Position numbers and translations under genes: made by a program. A stretch of 64,000 bases of DNA from Podarcis gaigeae (lineage: Eukaryota). Below the pieces are notes generated by a model that saw nothing but the letters and a program-made list of their open reading frames with translations, was not told where the DNA came from and ran no database searches. Positions within the stretch are counted from its first letter, which is position 1; every line of letters starts with the position of its first letter. The stretch is from NCBI GenBank assembly GCA_964106915.2, contig OZ066920.1; one strand, written 5' to 3'. This document shows positions 60,857-64,000 of the stretch, piece by piece.

Positions 60857-61369
60857 CTGTGGTACCTTGGTTCTCAAATGCCTTGGTACTCAAACAACTT
60901 GGAACTCAAACACTGAAAACCGGGAAGTAAGTGTTCCAGTTTGCGAACATTTTTCGAAAGTAGAATGTGCTCTGTTTTGAGTGTTACACTTCAAATTTGA
61001 GTGCCACACTTCCGTTTTGAGTGTTATGCTGAGGTCTGTCTGTTTTTGCTATTTATTTTGCGTTTTTGTTTTTGCAGCTCTTTTTTGTTTTGTTTTTGTG
61101 ACTGTGTGGAACTCAGTTCAGCTACTGATTGATTGATTGATTGTGTGACTGCAGTACATTGATTATTGCTTTCATTTTATGGATCAATGGTCTCGTTAGA
61201 TAGTAAAATCCATGCTAAATTGCTGTTTTAGGGGTTGTTTTTAAAAGTCTGGAATGGATTAATCCATTCTGCATTACTTTCTAAGGGAAAGCGTGCCTTG
61301 GTTTTGGAATGCTTTGGTTTTGGAATGGACTTCCGGAATGGATTAAGTTTGAGAACCAAGGTACCACTG
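60857..61369. mobile_element. TA-flanked Tc1/mariner-pogo non-autonomous element (513 bp)
   Basis: 22-bp TIR C(T)GTGGTACCTTGGTTCTCAAA / TTTGAGAACCAAGGTACCACTG with TA flanks; internal 21-bp tandem repeat tttgagtg…. Confidence 0.88.
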
Positions 61370-62775
61370 TACGTACAAGAGTATTCCTGAGGCTAGGAAA
61401 TGTGGAGAGGAAACATCTCCATCACTTCCCACTTTTGTGCCCCATGGTTTCAGTTGTGCCAGTACAAGAAGATTTACAGTGTAATTCTAACTATGTCAAG
61501 TCAGAAGTAAGTCCTGTGAAGTTCATTGCAGCTTACTCCCAAGTAAGTGATGTTAGGATTGCAGCCTAAAGCATCGTTCCCGCCCCCCCCCCATTCATGT
61601 AGCAGTTATTGGAGGGTAGCATTAGCCTCTTAATTACATAAAGCAGACTTTAGCTTATTGATTTACTTCCTCGGGAAAAATGTATTTTGACTTAGAATCC
61701 TCACATTATAGAATTTTTATTTTTTTTTAACCTGAACTCACATAATACACAGTGAATTGATTTTGGGTGAGATATTTACTTCAGAGTTCTGTAATTAATC
61801 ATGTAAGGACAGAAATAATTAACCTACATTGAAAACAGGTTAATTTTACAGATCGCACTTGGAACTTGACTAGATAAAACTTGGCGTGAACAGAATATAA
61901 GTCCTTGGTGATACTATTGTAGAAAAATCAAGCATGTTAGATGATGGTGAAAAACAAATGATAAATCTTGAATTTGTAATTACTGGTAGTGTTTAAGATG
62001 CTTGCACTTAAGTCACTTTGAGAAAAAAGAATTTGTTCATTTGTGTGTGTGTGTGTGTTATTCATTTGCCATCCCTTTCATTTCACCTCTAAGATCTGCA
62101 TGGAGAAACCCCCTTTTAAAATGTCCTTACTGAGACAGGGTTTGTCTCTAATACAGGGTATTAGAGTTTGCTGTGTATGTGGGTTTATGTGAAGGATTAA
62201 GTTTGAAATACTAAGGACCAGTTTCAAATACCCTGTTTCAGTAGCAGAAGCCAGTGCAAGGACTCCTGCTAGCACATCAGGGCTTTGCCCTCTCACCTCC
62301 TTCAATCCATGCTGCCCCCAATCCACTCTGGAGGGTTGGGAGATCCCCCAGAACAGTATACAGCAGGGCGGGAAGGAAAGGAGAGATCATTCCATCAGGC
62401 AAGCCAAAATGCTTGTGCTGATGGAATGATCTCATTAGTGCTAAATTTGAACTCCATTCTAACAGCTGGCTGTTACTTAGTTGCATGATACTCCTTTGGG
62501 AAAATCTGTGGCCCTCCTGATGCCATTTAACTCTGTCAACCCCAGTTAGCAAGGTCAAGGGTAGAGATGGCTGGACAGTCACAGGTTCCCCATCCCTGCA
62601 CTAAGTCAGATGCTTATGCACCCCAAGATGAAGTTTGGGTCTGGATTCGAAATGGTACCTGAAAGGTTTTGGCCAATGCATCTGTTAAGCAGCAGATTAG
62701 CAGCAATCTGGGTTGGATCAAACCTTAGACCATACCTTGCAATATTTCTCCAGTGAAAATAGGCATGTCCTATTC

Positions 62776-62811
<36 letters not shown>

Positions 62812-62950
62812 AAATTAAGTTTATACCCTGCCCATCTGACTGGATTGCCCAGCCACTCTGGGTGGCTTCCAATGTATATAAAAACAGAATTAAACATTAA
62901 CATTAAAAAAAAACATTACAGGGCTGCCTTCAGATGTCTTCTAAAGATCG
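62776..62950 (-). mobile_element. L2 3' end fragment with (TTG)n tail
   Basis: cagggctgccttcagatgtcttctaaa is the reverse complement of 33172-33198. Confidence 0.8.
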
Positions 62951-62983
62951 TATATCTCCTTGGCTCGGGGAGACGCATAACTC

Positions 62984-63121
62984 CACACCCTCCAAAATTT
63001 CTCCAATAAAAATGGGGCTGTCCTAAGGAAAAGTGGGACATTCCAGGATCAAATCAGAAACCAGGACGGCTTCTGTAAATCTAGGACTGTCCTTGGAAAA
63101 TAGGGACACTTGGAGGGTCTG
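62984..63121. mobile_element. Short MITE
   Basis: TIR CACACCCTCCAA / TTGGAGGGTCTG. Confidence 0.65.
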
Positions 63122-64000
63122 TTAGACATGCTTGCAGTTAGACTAGGAAATCAATGGGATTTAAGTTAGTCAGTGGTGGTGGGGGGGGGCAGAGGCAGTG
63201 GTGTCCTCCCTGTGACAGTGCTATAGTTCATGGGGATAGGTATGGGGTGAAGTGAGCTCTGGGGTTGTGGCAAAGCCTCCCAAGGTGAGTGCACTTGCAG
63301 TACCACTGGTCCCCCCCCAAAGACCCCCCAACCTCGCCACCCCCACTGTGCCCATTCCCACCTCGGCCAATGCATCCCCGTCCCCTGGAGGAAGCCACTG
63401 GCCCATGCTTCCCATCAGTCACCATGGCCTACCTGACCCAATGAAGTCATGGATTGTGCCTTTTTTTAATTGTTAAAGGTGCAAAATTGCTTCTCCCTCC
63501 TTATCAGGATTCAAGAAGAGAATGAGGAGAGAAAGCACCATCGAGGTCTTCAGAGACCACGGGGCCTGCCTGGGGAACACCCTGCTTTTCAGACAGAAGT
63601 ATAAAAATGCAAAGGTTTATTTATGGTGGCGTTTTTATTGAACGACTTGCATTTAAATCAGGACCTTAAAAATTCATGAGTTGAGCATTCCTTCAACACT
63701 GTGTAGTAAAGTTTACTGCTGTTAGTCTTAAAGATTATATAGAATTTGATATATAACTCTAGACAGTTTCCAAGATACGGCTGACATGCCTTGTATGCTT
63801 AACACCCTCCAGTGTCTGATAGTGTATCTTCTGTTTCACATATCCCCCTCCGTCCTTTCCCAACCAAAGACAATCTATCATAGCAGCAGCTATAGGCTAG
63901 AAGCAGCCTTTCACCACTGCTGCCTTTCCTCGCAAATCTTGCTGAACAAAATATTTTCTGTTTGATGACAAGTCTGTTAGATCCAATACTAGGGTAAGTA

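Noticed and set aside
63508-63615. Possible exon after the acceptor TTCTCCCTCCTTATCAG
   Set aside because: No convincing donor and no recognisable peptide in any frame

Overview
Vertebrate non-coding DNA (intergenic, or inside a very large intron) from a squamate reptile, most likely a lacertid-type lizard. This is judged from the repeat content: Sauria/Squam1 SINEs, a Squam3-type SINE, Bov-B/RTE, L2, L1 and Rex1/Babar LINE 3' ends, TA-flanked and hAT MITEs, and three solo LTRs. I recognise no host protein-coding exon; every long ORF in the track is explained by a retroelement or microsatellite. There are three assembly gaps. The most striking structure is at 5670-6743: a young Penelope-like element inserted in a (TA)n tract as a head-to-head inverted duplication, with two 483-bp arms around a 78-bp spacer. 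Each arm carries a minimal type-I hammerhead ribozyme whose core overlaps the last codons and stop of the element's reading frame. Other points of interest are two decayed copies of a second hammerhead-bearing element, a 247-bp solo LTR with a perfect TSD and a dense CTCF/Oct/CRE/CCAAT/TATA cassette, several nested insertions, four RFX X-box-like palindromes, candidate enhancer blocks and a candidate 5-nt microexon. Family names come from my recognition of motifs, not from database searches.
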